64,000 nt of DNA from Octopus vulgaris (Eukaryota). The notes under the pieces were generated by a model. It saw nothing but the letters and a program-made list of their open reading frames with translations, was not told the origin of the DNA and did no database searches. The stretch is from NCBI GenBank assembly GCA_951406725.2, contig OX597818.1:38378001-38442000 (forward strand). Direction: 5' to 3'. The translations under genes were made by a program, and so were the position numbers. How positions within the stretch are numbered: the first letter of the stretch is position 1; each line of letters begins with the position of its first letter. Shown here piece by piece: positions 52,310 to 64,000 of this stretch.

Positions 52310-52796
52310 GGTCGATCTAATCAACTGACCCCCTCCCCACAAAAATTTCAAGCCTAGAAAAGTATATTATGACAGTTACAGAATATAGAAAGTAATGTAA
52401 CACCAATGACTATACAATCCAACCAAAATATCAGTTACACAAAAATACAATTTAACCTTAAAATACATCGTACATATTCAAAGAACCTTCTTTGTTTAGT
52501 GGTACGGAATGTTTTTCTGGTATTTTTTTATTCTTTTACTTGTTTCAGTCATTTGACAGTGTCCATACTGGAGCACTACCCTTTAGTCGAAGAAAATGAC
52601 CCCTGGAGCTTATTCTATCAATCTCTTCTGTTGAACAGCTAAATGACAGGGACGTAAACGCACCAACATCGACAGCGAAATAATTAATTAATTTATGAAG
52701 GAAAGATTGGTAATTGCGTTTGTTTCCACCACGCAACACTTATTATTGTAAGCATGTTTTAACTAACCTAAACTATACACACACACACACAAATAC

Positions 52797-52858
<62 letters not shown>

Positions 52859-53325
52859 CGAGTTGTAGCTGTAATTCAAAGGGGCCAGCCTTGTCATATT
52901 CTGTGAGGCTGAATCTCCCTGAGAACAACATTAATGTTATGCATGTCTGTGGAGTACTCAGCCATTTGTGAGTTAATTTTATCTTCGTGTGGTAATGAAA
53001 AGTGAAATTGACATCCAATATTTGCTGTGTCTATGTATCTATGTATGAACTGTCTTTCTCATTTTCTCTTACACTTTGTGTCCATTTCTCTCCCACTTTT
53101 GATTTAACAATGTATATGTGTATCTACTTCTCTTGCGATCTGATAAACATTTAAAAACACAAAACTCACGCTGTCACTTTCACTCTGTCTCTCACTCCCT
53201 CTCTTTCTCTCTCTCACACTCTCTTACTTCCTCTCCCTCGCTTTGCTACTTCTTTGAAGTGTGATGCACACATCAGGTTCGTACAAAAACAAAAAAGTTA
53301 GCATATTAATATTATTGATAATAAT
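52310..53325. repeat. Left arm of an inverted duplication (partner 61565-63060)
   Basis: Colinear reverse-complement similarity across unique sequence, microsatellites and shared SINE fragments. Confidence 0.9.
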
Positions 53326-53467
53326 AATAACTCTCATGGCTTGTGATCTCAACTGACTGGAAGTGTTATCATCAGTGCTACTCAAAGTGGTGGTCCGTGA
53401 ACCATCAGCTGCTGGTACGCGACGAGTTTCCAGAAAACAAAGAAACATAAAATGCTTATTCATATGA

Positions 53468-53565
53468 CCGTGGGCATATGGCGTAGTGGTTAAGAGCGCA
53501 GGCTACTAAACCCAAGATTCCGAGTTCGATTCCAGGCAGAGACCTAAATAATAATAATAATAACA
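53468..53565 (+). mobile_element. tRNA-like SINE head / tRNA pseudogene with (TAA)n tail
   Basis: A box TGGCGTAGTGG, B box GTTCGATTCC; acceptor and anticodon stems do not pair properly. Confidence 0.6.
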
Positions 53566-53959
53566 ACGACATTGAAAAATACCTGACATAATACCTTCTA
53601 TCCCAATTTTTGACTGGCATTTTATCCACCCTGGAGGGATAAAATTCAAAGTCACTCTCGGCGAGATTGTTTTAATAATAATATTCGGCTATAATCTGCC
53701 CTTTGCAATGCGAAGAGCACTCCACACTGGTGTCCTATCCTGTGCCCAATGCCTAATTTAGATTGGGCGAACCCTTAATCTATTTAAAGCTTACAAAATT
53801 AAACCAGAAGATCTCACAAAAATTGAAAACGTAGATACATTTAATTATTTTCAGATTCCCATAGATTGTGTGGCCTTAAGGGCTTGCTTGTTTAATTTAT
53901 GTTTAAATCCAACATTTCTTCCACGTAAGCCGAAAAACTTATTGATTTCATCTCTCGAT

Positions 53960-54483
53960 GAATGGCATCCGTGCTAGCGGGGTGCAAAGAGCACCATACG
54001 AGTGTGATCGTTGACAGAGTGGCTAACTGGCTTCCGTGCCAGTGACACATGAAAGGCACCATTCGAGTGTGATCGTTACCAGCGTCGCTTTACTGGCACT
54101 CGAGCCCCATGCTAGTAGGGTGCTAAGAGCACCATCCGAACGTGGTCGTTGCCAGAGCAGCTAACTGGCTTCTGTGCCGGTGGCACGTAAAAGGCACCAT
54201 CTGAGCGTGATCGTTACCAGCATCGTCTTACTGGCACCTGTGTAAAAAGATTCGAGCGAGGTCGTTGCCAGTACCGCCTGGCTGGCCCCCGCGCCGGTGG
54301 CACGTAAAAGCACCCACTACACTTTCGGAGTGGTTGGCGTTAGGAAGGGCATCCAGCTGTAGAAACTCTGCCAAATCAAGATTGGAGCCTGGTGCAGCCA
54401 TCTGGTTCGCCAACTCTCAGTCAAATCGTCCAACCCATGCTAGCATGGAAAACAGACGTTAAAAGATGATGATGATGATGATC
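53960..54483 (+). mobile_element. Family E repeat with expanded internal tandem array
   Basis: Repeated gcaccat..gag.gtgatcgtt subunits then the standard 3' end and (ATG)n. Confidence 0.88.
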
Positions 54484-55204
54484 TTGTCTTTCACCTTCCC
54501 CGACTGCGTGAGCCTCCCTCCTCTCTCTCTCTCGTGTCCATTATATACACTGCTTTGTTCATAACTTATCATTTGTTCTGTTCACATCCCTATCCTGTCT
54601 CCAGTTTCTCAGTATGTTTAAATATATCTTGTACTTTCATTTGCTCTCTTATCTATTGCAAATTATCATCGATTTTTATAGAATTGCTAATGAAAAAATA
54701 AAAAACTTGAAAAACAAGAGTATATAAAACGAATTAAGTACGGACACTTACGGCCAAACCAAGAACACACAGATTCAAGATTAACCTGAATACCAAGGTC
54801 AAGGGCTCTATCCCAACTGGTTTCCCCCACGTTCAGGTATAAGCTGGAAGTTGGCCAATCACACGGGCTATTTTTATCACTTTCATACATCTTTCAGTAA
54901 ATTCACTGAATGACAGCAGTTGCCTTCTTACCCTGGAGCAGGACTTGAAGCAATTGAGAGTTTGATTTACAATGAAAAGCTATCCTCAAATCTTTCAACC
55001 ATGTCCACTACTCAACTTCCCTCGCCATACCCTGTTCTTGAGTAAAGGCAGGCAACCTGCTCTTTCTAGCGGTGTGTTAGACTCAGCAAATAGCCAATTT
55101 TCCCGCATATAACAGTTGTCTTATATAAATTCACAAATCAATAGATCGGTAGCTGAACTGCTTGGTGTGATCCACAGAGCCTGTTATTCCGGTTATATTA
55201 TACC

Positions 55205-55429
55205 GAGCTGGCAGAAACGTTAGCACGCCGGGCGAAATGCGTAGCCGTATTTCGTCTGTCGTTACGTTCCGAGTTCAAATTCCGCCGAGATCGACTTTGC
55301 CTTTCATCCTTCCGGGGTCAATAAATTAAGTACCAGTTACGCACTGGGGTTGATGTAATCGACTTAATCCCTTTGTCTGTCCTTGTTTGTCCCCCCTGTG
55401 TTTAGCCCCTTGTGGGTAGTAAAGAAATA
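55205..55429 (+). mobile_element. Family A SINE (further copies ~18800-18935 -, 48700-48907 -, 56588-56719 +, 63005-63150 -)
   Basis: Head, B box, Nin-like core and tail; flanks share tatattatac. Confidence 0.88.
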
Positions 55430-58400
55430 TATATTATACAGTGATGAACCATATGAGATTTACTGAAACAGATCCTCTTTAGAAATCTACCTACTGTTTT
55501 TAGAGAATGAGTGTGCTTATGAGCCAAACAGGAGGCTACCTACAAATGATATTTTCCTCTCTTAAAAAGACTGCCTCATTATATAAAGTGATCCTTGATA
55601 CTCTGTACATTATTTATCCCACTAGCAGTGTTTGGAAACCTAACTACTAGATACTCGGTCAAACACCACGAGTGAATCACCATAGTTTCACGTGATCTGT
55701 CTATCAATCGACCAGTCAGCGTGATGCTTTCCTTATTGCAATGGTAAAAGACGAAAGAGATATATGCTCGGGCTGAGGATAATTGTTGGTAGCTGGGTTA
55801 CAAAAGACGTAAAATACCGGACAGCATCACAAACTTCTCGTTGCAATGCGACATACGTTGGTACCTTCTCCAGTGGCAATATGTAGCGGTGGAAACGTTT
55901 GGAGTCCTGAGCCTCTTAGAGATTGAGCCTTGCAACGTGAAATTGTTATTTCAGCGCATCTCTTTTGCTTCGAGTAACGCATTCAACATTTTATCTTCCT
56001 GGACTGCGAAACATTTGCATGGCATATACTGTAATAAAAGATGGTATTCTTAAAGGGACCGCTATTTTTTCCAACTTATCATTTCTCTGTCACGCCAACT
56101 CAAATACTTTTCCCCCCATTAATATAAAGATCTTCATGTTAAAATCCATTCAACATCTGTTGAGCCACTGAATCTACTATCAACTTCGTTGTCAGAAGCA
56201 AACTGAAAACCATTTTTTTCAATAAAAAGCTGGCTTTAAAACGCAACAATTTAGCGGCAAATGGACACGTGATCTAGTCTGTATTTTAAAGTATTTTTAA
56301 GAAACTGACAAAACTTGGTTGTAGATAATTTGTCTTTTGATTTCCTAAATTTAGACAAAATTAAATCTTAATGGATGTTGTTTTAAAAATCCAGTAATAA
56401 TTACACAGCATGTGGTTTGACAATTCCATTTAAACTACGACAGAATTGAGGCATAGGAAATTTCAAATGTTAATTTCCAACGAGGGAAAAGTTTACGTAA
56501 ATCGGATGTTTGTGAAAATGTCTAAAAGAAAAAACTCTGCAACCACTTGCATTAAACTGTCAAAACAACTCTGCAAGGCTATCAGTTATCGAGGTCGACT
56601 TTTCCTTTCATCCTTCCGGGGTCGATAAATAAAGTACCAGTTTCGCACTGAGGTCGATGTAATCGACTTAATCCCTTTGTCCCCTCTATGTTTAGCCCCT
56701 TGTGGGTAGTAAAGAAATATATATTTTTGGTTAGAATGTCTGATTATCTAAAATAACGCCAGTGACGTCGGTGAATCTAAAATGACCACGTGATTTTGCT
56801 GATCCAGCAAAAAGAAAAGTGTGTCATTGGTCTGTGAGCTGAGATTTCTCATTGGTTAAGATAACACATGTGACAACAGCAAAATTAAAATGCCGCCAGC
56901 ATAAGATCACTATATATATTTTTTCATTCAATAAGGGTATGCTCAGAGAAAGAGTTGGCTGCTATTTCTAGCCGCTCGAAAGACCACTACATGTAGAACC
57001 TTTCACGTTAGCTTGTAAAAAAGATTTGTTTGAAACATCGCGGATAGCCTGACTGCCCAATGCTCACTTTATGGGGTGGGTATCGTATAGCAATAAGCTG
57101 GTAAAACCATCCAACCCTTGTTATCTAATAGTAAAAATTCGCCCTGTTAAAATTGATTAACTCCAAGTCAACTCTAATAGGGCAGAGGTAAGATCGAAAG
57201 TATTCTAGCTGCGTATCCACCCCTCTTTTACTCAGGTATAATGTAAATCCTGCATATCCACCCCTCTTTTCATGTAAATTCGAAAAAACGCCTTTTTGTT
57301 ACTATATTTATTTTGAGATGTTCTGTTTCATTCAATTACTTTAAATTTAACAAAGAATTTAATAAAATAACTTAGTTATCATTAAGCTAGTGTTAGGAAC
57401 ATAAATTGTGACTAAGGTTTGATGGGAGATTTCAATTACAAACTTATGAAAACAAGACATTTGTACTCAGAGCCAGAGCCGGTTTCAGCCGGATTGGTAA
57501 TGAAAGGGTTAAAAAGGATATTATAGCGTGAATGGAGTGAGATTTTCCTAACAAATCTAGCGACCACATAACACCTTCGACGCTTATTTGTTACTGTGTA
57601 ATTTTCCTGTCGACCCTTAACTTCTCTTGCCTCCGGGACTCTGTAAATAAGAATAAATCATTTCTTAGGATTAAAAGTGGGGTGGGACGAAGCAAGTCCG
57701 TGGAAACCTGTGACGGTTTGCATTGACAAAAAGAGTACACAAGTTTATTTTATTTAGCCACTTATAAATATTGGTCCAACTTCTCTTCTTTCTAAGGTAG
57801 GAGCAGAAAATAAGTTCACGCGGGTATTGTATTTCCTAAGTACTAACCAGGCTTGATGTTGCTTCTATGATCGGACAAACTTCGGACGGAGACATATTCT
57901 GAAAATTAAAAACTTTTTGGGTCGGACGAAAAGCCGTGTTTACATGACAATTAAAAAAAGACTACAAATAATCTAATACAAAATACAATGTCTTTATTTA
58001 TAACACATAAAACACAGTTTAATAATCAACTTGCTAAATAATCTAATTCGATCATAAATTTACATGAATTCCAGCTGTGGCGGGAATAAATCGCAAGTGA
58101 CACCGTCAATTAGCGAAGAAAATCGAAATCGTTTTAAGATAACTGATATTTTGTGGGGAGGTGGGGAGAACGCACTAATCTGAAATTAGGGTTATCTTTT
58201 AACAAATAGCTGCATTTTTGGAATTTTCCCTGTAAATCATTGCAACTTGTCGCTTTGACATTTGAAAGCAAATAACTGGTGATTAACGCCCATAATGGTT
58301 GTTATGACTACGTATTATAGTCGTTCATGATGAAAACAAAAAAATAATCACTAAATTGTGAATGAAGCTCTTCCATGGACTGAAAAAAGCCATAGAAAAC

Positions 58401-58739
58401 TTCGATTTTTGTAAGTTATATTATTGGTTTTTTTTTAAGAATTCCTTTGAATAAATATTTTATAAATCAATAGTGTCAAAGACATTTTTAAAATCCTACA
58501 TATTCTTTGTATCATGTTTTGTAATTTCCTGCATTTAACCAAAGTAATAACGTGCAGAGCTAAATACTTTTCTGTCGATTTTTAGATGTCTTTCTATATG
58601 TTCTATTCACTTCACATGCTCAACATTTCTCTAGACACATTTCAAACTCATACCAGCTGTCTTCTCTCATACTCACCACATCTGAATCTTATATACAACT
58701 GTTCCCTAATGAGCTTTGTCATTCAGGCACACTAATATT

Positions 58740-59106
58740 TTTTTCTACTCTAGGCTCAAAGCCCGAAATTTTGGGGGCGGGGAAGTCGATTAGATCGACC
58801 CAGTACGCAACTGGTACTTAGTTTATCGACTCCGAAAGGATGAAAGGCAAAGTCGACCTCGACGGAATTTGAACTCAGAACGTAGCGGCAGACAAAATAC
58901 CTATTTCTTTACTACTCACAAGGGGCTACACACAGAGGGGACAAACGGATTAAGTCGATTACATCGACTCCAGTGCGTAACTGGTACTTATTTAATCGAC
59001 CCCGAAAGGATGAAAGGCAAAGTCGACCTCGGCGGAATTTGAACGCAGAACGTAATGGCAGACAAAATACCGCTAAGCATTTCGCCCGGCGTGCTAACGT
59101 TTCTGC
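58740..59106 (-). mobile_element. Head-to-tail dimer of family A SINEs under one TSD
   Basis: caggcacactaatatt at 58724-58739 and 59107-59122; two cores with different tails. Confidence 0.85.
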
Positions 59107-59599
59107 CAGGCACACTAATATTACGCAACCGGCAGAGCATGTTCATTTGATTTCTTTGAACTCATCTACATTTAATGTTCACATGTCACTAGCATGCAGT
59201 ATCTAACATTGTACACAAGCATCATTCAATATGCCCTTCACTTTGAGCGAAAAACCTTATGTTGCCCTCTCTTTGATTTCTTCTTGTCTTGTTCTAACCA
59301 CTATACTTTTGGTTACTATATTTATTCTTGCAACTATACTTTATTCTGGTGTCTGTACTTCAATCTGATTGCTATACTCTGCATTTGAAACATCACCTAA
59401 GAGACAAAAGTTCTGAGCATTCAAAGAAATATATTACATGTGTACTCCAGCTAATAACTATTCTGGTGCACCTGGCACATTTAAAGTCTACCTTCTCTAC
59501 CAATATGCTTATGATCTCTCTACTTATCTTGTGTGTCTACTGTTTTTACTGGTTACACAGTATAGAATTTCTTTCAACTCTTTTCCTGCATATCAAATA

Positions 59600-59945
59600 T
59601 AGTTATTACCCTGAGTGACAGGGGTCTGTCTTCTTTCCTACTTACTAAAACTTCAGTCCTCACTAAGTTTACTTTGAGATTTTTCAATTCAAGGTTTTGC
59701 CTCCATGTTTGAAATTCTTCTCTAGATTCAGCTCTTAAAACTAAGTCATCAATATACAGGAGTTCTCATGATTTGCTAGTTTTAAATACCTCTGCTACAG
59801 CTTGGGAGACTATTAAAAACAGGAAAAGACTAAGGATTGAGCTCTGATGGACTTCTACCTGCATGCTAGATTTGTTATTGAACTTATTGCTAAGTCTTAC
59901 CTTGCTGACTGCACTTCTGTACATGACATGCATGCCTCTCACAAG
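59600..59945 (-). mobile_element. RTE LINE RT fragment
   Basis: Minus strand reads VEVHQSSILSLFLF and ELLYIDDL. Confidence 0.7.
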
Positions 59946-60744
59946 CTAAGGGGAACTATGGATAAGGTAGCAATTACTGGACTAAAAAATGTGGAACCCT
60001 CTTTGGGTTGACAACTACCAGGCATAGTAGCTTGCTTCTAGCTAATATTTTTCTATTGTGTGTGTGAGAGAGAGAGTGTGTGTGCACATACACACACACA
60101 GACAAAAGTAAAGGATATATGCAAATACCAAACTTTAAATTCTTGGTATTGGCAAAATTGTTAGGATGTCGGAAAGTCATGCTTTATGGTATATCTTCTG
60201 TTTCTTTACGTTCTAAATTCAAATATTTTTCCATCTCTCCCGGATTGATAAAGTAAAGTATCAGTTTAATACTAGGGTTGATGGTATTGATTATGTCCCT
60301 CTCCATAAAACAGCTAGCCATGTACCTCAATTAGAAACTATGGTTTTATGAAATTTCAAACTTACTTATTTGCTTCTTTTTCACGTCTTACAAAAGAAAC
60401 AGTATGGTCTCTAGCTGTTTATATATCCAATATTGCTTTAGCTCTTGACATTACTAAAACATATGTCACCTTAAGTTACATATCAAGAAAAAAGAAGTGT
60501 ATGATGTTGTTCGGCCCCTGTGGAGGCACAATGGCCCAGTGGTTAGGGTAGCAAACTCGCAGTCGTAGGATCGCGGTTTCAATTCCCAGACCGGGCGTTG
60601 TGAGTGTTTATTGAGCGAAAACACCTGAAGCTCCACGAGGCCCTGGCAGGGGGTGGTGGTGAACCCTGCTCTACTCTTTTACCACAACTTTCTCTCACTC
60701 TTTCTTCCTGTTTCTGTTGTACCTGTATTTCAAAGGCAAAACTT

Positions 60745-61310
60745 CCATTTGTACCCTGCCAAAACACCCCTTTTTAAAAAATTTAATTCTTTTTCTACAC
60801 CCCACCCTGTTTTCGGCTATGGAGAATATGAATCTGCAAAAATATTGTCAAAAATCGGCATTTTTACATAACTCCCCCTCCCCAATTCTTCATTTTCAAT
60901 TTTTTTCACATTTTTTTTAAAATATGCCAAAAAATACGGAGAATATGGTTCTGAAAAAAATTTCCAAAAATTTTTGTAAAATTTTTTTTTCACAAATTTT
61001 TTTTTGTCAAAATATGCAGAAAAATACTGAGATTATGATTCTGAAAAAAAAATTTCCAAAATGTTTTCAACTTTGGGTTAGGGTTTTAGAGTCAGGGTTA
61101 GGGTTGGGTTTTAGGGTTAGGTTTATGGAAATAAGTGAAAGAAATGAAGAATTGGGGGTGGGGAGTAAGGGAGAAAAATCAAAATTCCAATTTTTGGCAG
61201 TTTTCCAGAATCTCTGTATCCGAAAACGTGGGTTTTTGTCCAAAAAAAAAAAATTGCGAGAAAATGGGGGAAGGATGGGAGGAAGTCTTTCCAAGGTGAA
61301 CACCATTTAG
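60745..61310. repeat. Unclassified AT-rich element with degenerate TTAGGG repeats (61070-61122)
   Basis: A/T homopolymer-rich, internally repeated tctgaaaaaaaatttccaaaa, telomere-like tract; no clean TIR/TSD found. Confidence 0.45.
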
Positions 61311-61564
61311 TAAAGTTTTCAAAATTAGATTCACTTGGATGTCATGAGGAGATAAAAGTAGTGACATTTCAAACAAACCTTTCTTTAGAAAGAAAAAGTA
61401 TTTTTTTAATGTAGCCCAGAAATTAGGCTTGTGTTGAGCTGAGTATAATGAACATTCGATAACAAAGAGAATTTAGTTCAGATTTCATTATTCATATTTG
61501 TTATATTCTTGAACAAACTTGTTTGCTTCAATTTCTCTGGTTAAACAGAAAAGTAACTCTATTC

Positions 61565-63060
61565 CTGTATCATTAATATTAATACACTAACTTTTTTTTT
61601 TATACATACCTGTTGTGTGTGTCCCACTTACTTCAAAGAAGTGGCAAAGCGAGAGAGAGAGGAGGACAGAGAGGAAGTAAGAGAGAGAGAGGAGGACAGA
61701 GAGGAATTAAGAGAGAGATAGAGAGGAAGTGCGAGAGAGGAAGTAAGAGAGAGAGAGAGAGGGGAGGACAGAGAGGAAGTAAGAGAGAGAGTGTGTGCGT
61801 TTGGGTGAGAAAGGGAGAGTGAATGAGAGAGAAAGAGAGAAAGAGAGTGAAAGAGACAGTAGTGACTGTTTTGTGCTTTTAAATGTTTCAGAGAGGACAT
61901 AAGAGAGAAAGAGAGTGAGAGAAAGAAAGAGCAAGTGTGAAAGAGACAATGAGTCGTGACGATGTTTGTTTTGTGTTTTTAAATGTTTATCACATTGCAA
62001 GAGAAGTAGATACATAGATACATATACACATTGTTAAATCAAAAGCGGAAGAGAAGAGGGACACAAAGGAAGTGAAAGAGAAAGAGAGAGAGACAGTAGA
62101 TACATAAATCCAAAGAAAAGTTCATACATAGATACATACACACAGCAAATATTGGATGTCAGTTTCACTTTTCATTACCACATGAGGATAAAATTAACTC
62201 ACAAATGGCTGAGTACTCCATAGACATGCATAACATTAACATGGTTCTCAGGGAGATTCAGCCTCACACAGAATATAAGGCTGGCCCCTTTGAATTACAG
62301 CTACAACTCAAGACATATATACTCTTTTTTTTCTTTTACTCTTTTCAGTCATTTGACTGCTGGAGCACCGCCTTTAGTTGAGCAAATCGACCCCGGGACT
62401 TATTCTTTTTGTAAGCCCAGTACTTATTCTATCGGTCTCTTTTTGCCGAACCGCTAAGTGACGGGGACATAAACACACCAGCATCGGTTGTCAAGCAATG
62501 CCAGGGGGACAAACACAGACACACAAACACACACACACACATATATATATACATATATACGACAGGCTTCTTTCAGTTTCCGTCTACCAAATCCACTCAC
62601 AAGGCATTGGTCGGCCCGGGGCTATAGCAGAAGACATTTGCCCAAGATGCCACGCAGTGGGACTGAACCCGGAACCATGTGGTTGGTTAGCAAGCTACTT
62701 ACCACACAGCCACTCCTGTGCCTATATATGAATGTATTTGTGTGTGTGCATAGTTTAGGTTAGTTAAAATATGTTTGCAATAATAAGTGTCGTGTGGTGG
62801 GAATAAACGTAATTACCAAACTTTCCATTTAATATTTCGTTCTTTTGCATTTAAATTTGTACATTAGGGTTCTTTGAATATGTACGATGTATTTTAAGGT
62901 TAAATAGTAATTCTGTGTACATTTAAGTAACTGAGATATTTTGGTTGGATTATATAGTCATTGGTGTTACATTACTTTCTATATTCTGTAACTGTCATAA
63001 TATACTTTTCTAAGCCTGAAATTTTTGTGGGGAGGGTGTCAGTTGATTAGATTGACCCAA
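61565..63060. repeat. Right arm of an inverted duplication (partner 52310-53325)
   Basis: e.g. 62868-63030 is the reverse complement of 52336-52487; 62119-62309 of 52860-53051. Confidence 0.9.
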
Positions 63061-63554
63061 GTACATAACTGGTACTTAATTTATTGACCCCAAAAGGACG
63101 AAAGGCAAAGTTGATCTCGGCAGAATTTGAACTTAGAACGTAAAGATAGACTGTCATAATATACAAACATTTCTCATGGTACCAGTACACTGCTTACAGA
63201 TGCTTACATTTTTTATGTTTTCCGTGAATTTTTCATGGTTCCAGCTAGTATTTAAATGAATAACAGTGTTATGTGAAGTCACCTGTAAAAACAGCTGCAT
63301 GAATAAATAAAGCAATTCACTTTTGCAGGTATAGAAAATAATAATAAAGTGTCAAAAAACCATGAACCTACTTCTTATAATTGAGTAATGGACTAGCATA
63401 ATATAATGAGCCAAAAAGAATGTTTAATTCATTGAAATTAACCCTATAACAAGCATTAAAAAATCATTTGTATTATTGACAGCTCTTGGCAAGTAGGGTA
63501 AAATAGTGAACCTTGATATTTAATTCCTTAGTCTATCCAATGCATACTTAGATT

Positions 63555-63870
63555 CATCATCATCATCATCATCGTTTAACGTCCACTTTCCATGCTAGCA
63601 TGGGTTGGACGATTTGACGAGGGACTGGCAAACCAAATGTCTGCACCAGGCTCCAATCTTGATTTGGCAGAGTTTCTACAGCTGGATGCCCTTCTTAATG
63701 CCAACCACTCCGAGAGTGTAGTGAGTGCTTTGATGTGATACCAGTACGCAGGCCAGTCAGGCGGTACAGGCAACAGTCACGGAAAATCGTGTTTTTTTTT
63801 TACTCGTCACCTGCACACTGGCACATGTGCCAGTAAGGTGACACTGGTAGCAAGGCGATGCTCATTTTAA
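63555..63870 (-). mobile_element. Family E repeat
   Basis: (CAT)n tail and consensus body shared with 17549 and 54300-54483. Confidence 0.85.
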
Positions 63871-64000
63871 TATCTACTTTTCTACACTTGCATGAATCAA
63901 ATGGAATTTGCTGAGGCAAATTTTCAACAGCCAGATGTCCTTCTTACCACCTACCCTCATGTTTCCAAGAAAAGTAATATTTTCCTATGTCTAAATATGT

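Noticed and set aside
53468-53545. Functional tRNA gene
   Set aside because: A and B boxes are present but the cloverleaf stems do not close; typical SINE head. The same applies to 3372, 18960, 44376 and 60520
53960-54310. CRISPR-like repeat array
   Set aside because: Spacers are themselves repeated, context is eukaryotic, and the array is part of a retroposon 3' end
58706-59140. CUAAUGAG with a stem split by the SINE dimer
   Set aside because: No GAAA core after removing the insertion
61070-61122. True telomere or fusion site
   Set aside because: Short, degenerate, single orientation and embedded in a repeat-like element

Overview
AT-rich, repeat-dense animal genomic DNA; the SINE and RTE repeat families suggest an octopus (inference). 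The window holds one complete multi-exon gene on the minus strand, a CWH43/PGAP2-interacting protein orthologue. I reconstructed 15 coding exons by hand (ATG 51034 to TGA 6676, 2337 nt, 778 aa); all introns are GT-AG with compatible phases. Almost all other ORFs in the supplied track come from repeats: tRNA-derived SINEs, RTE/CR1/Penelope fragments, Tc1/mariner relics, piggyBac-, Merlin- and hAT-like MITEs, Helitrons and microsatellites. The most notable non-gene structures are (1) a young ORF-less Penelope/retrozyme-like element with a 363-bp unit in inverted plus partial-tandem arrangement carrying a variant hammerhead ribozyme (980-1873), (2) a second, unrelated hammerhead-like fold capping a long hairpin in intron 1 (40027-40140), and (3) a ~1-kb inverted duplication bracketing ~8 kb upstream of the gene. 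Repeat boundaries are approximate and no database searches were run.
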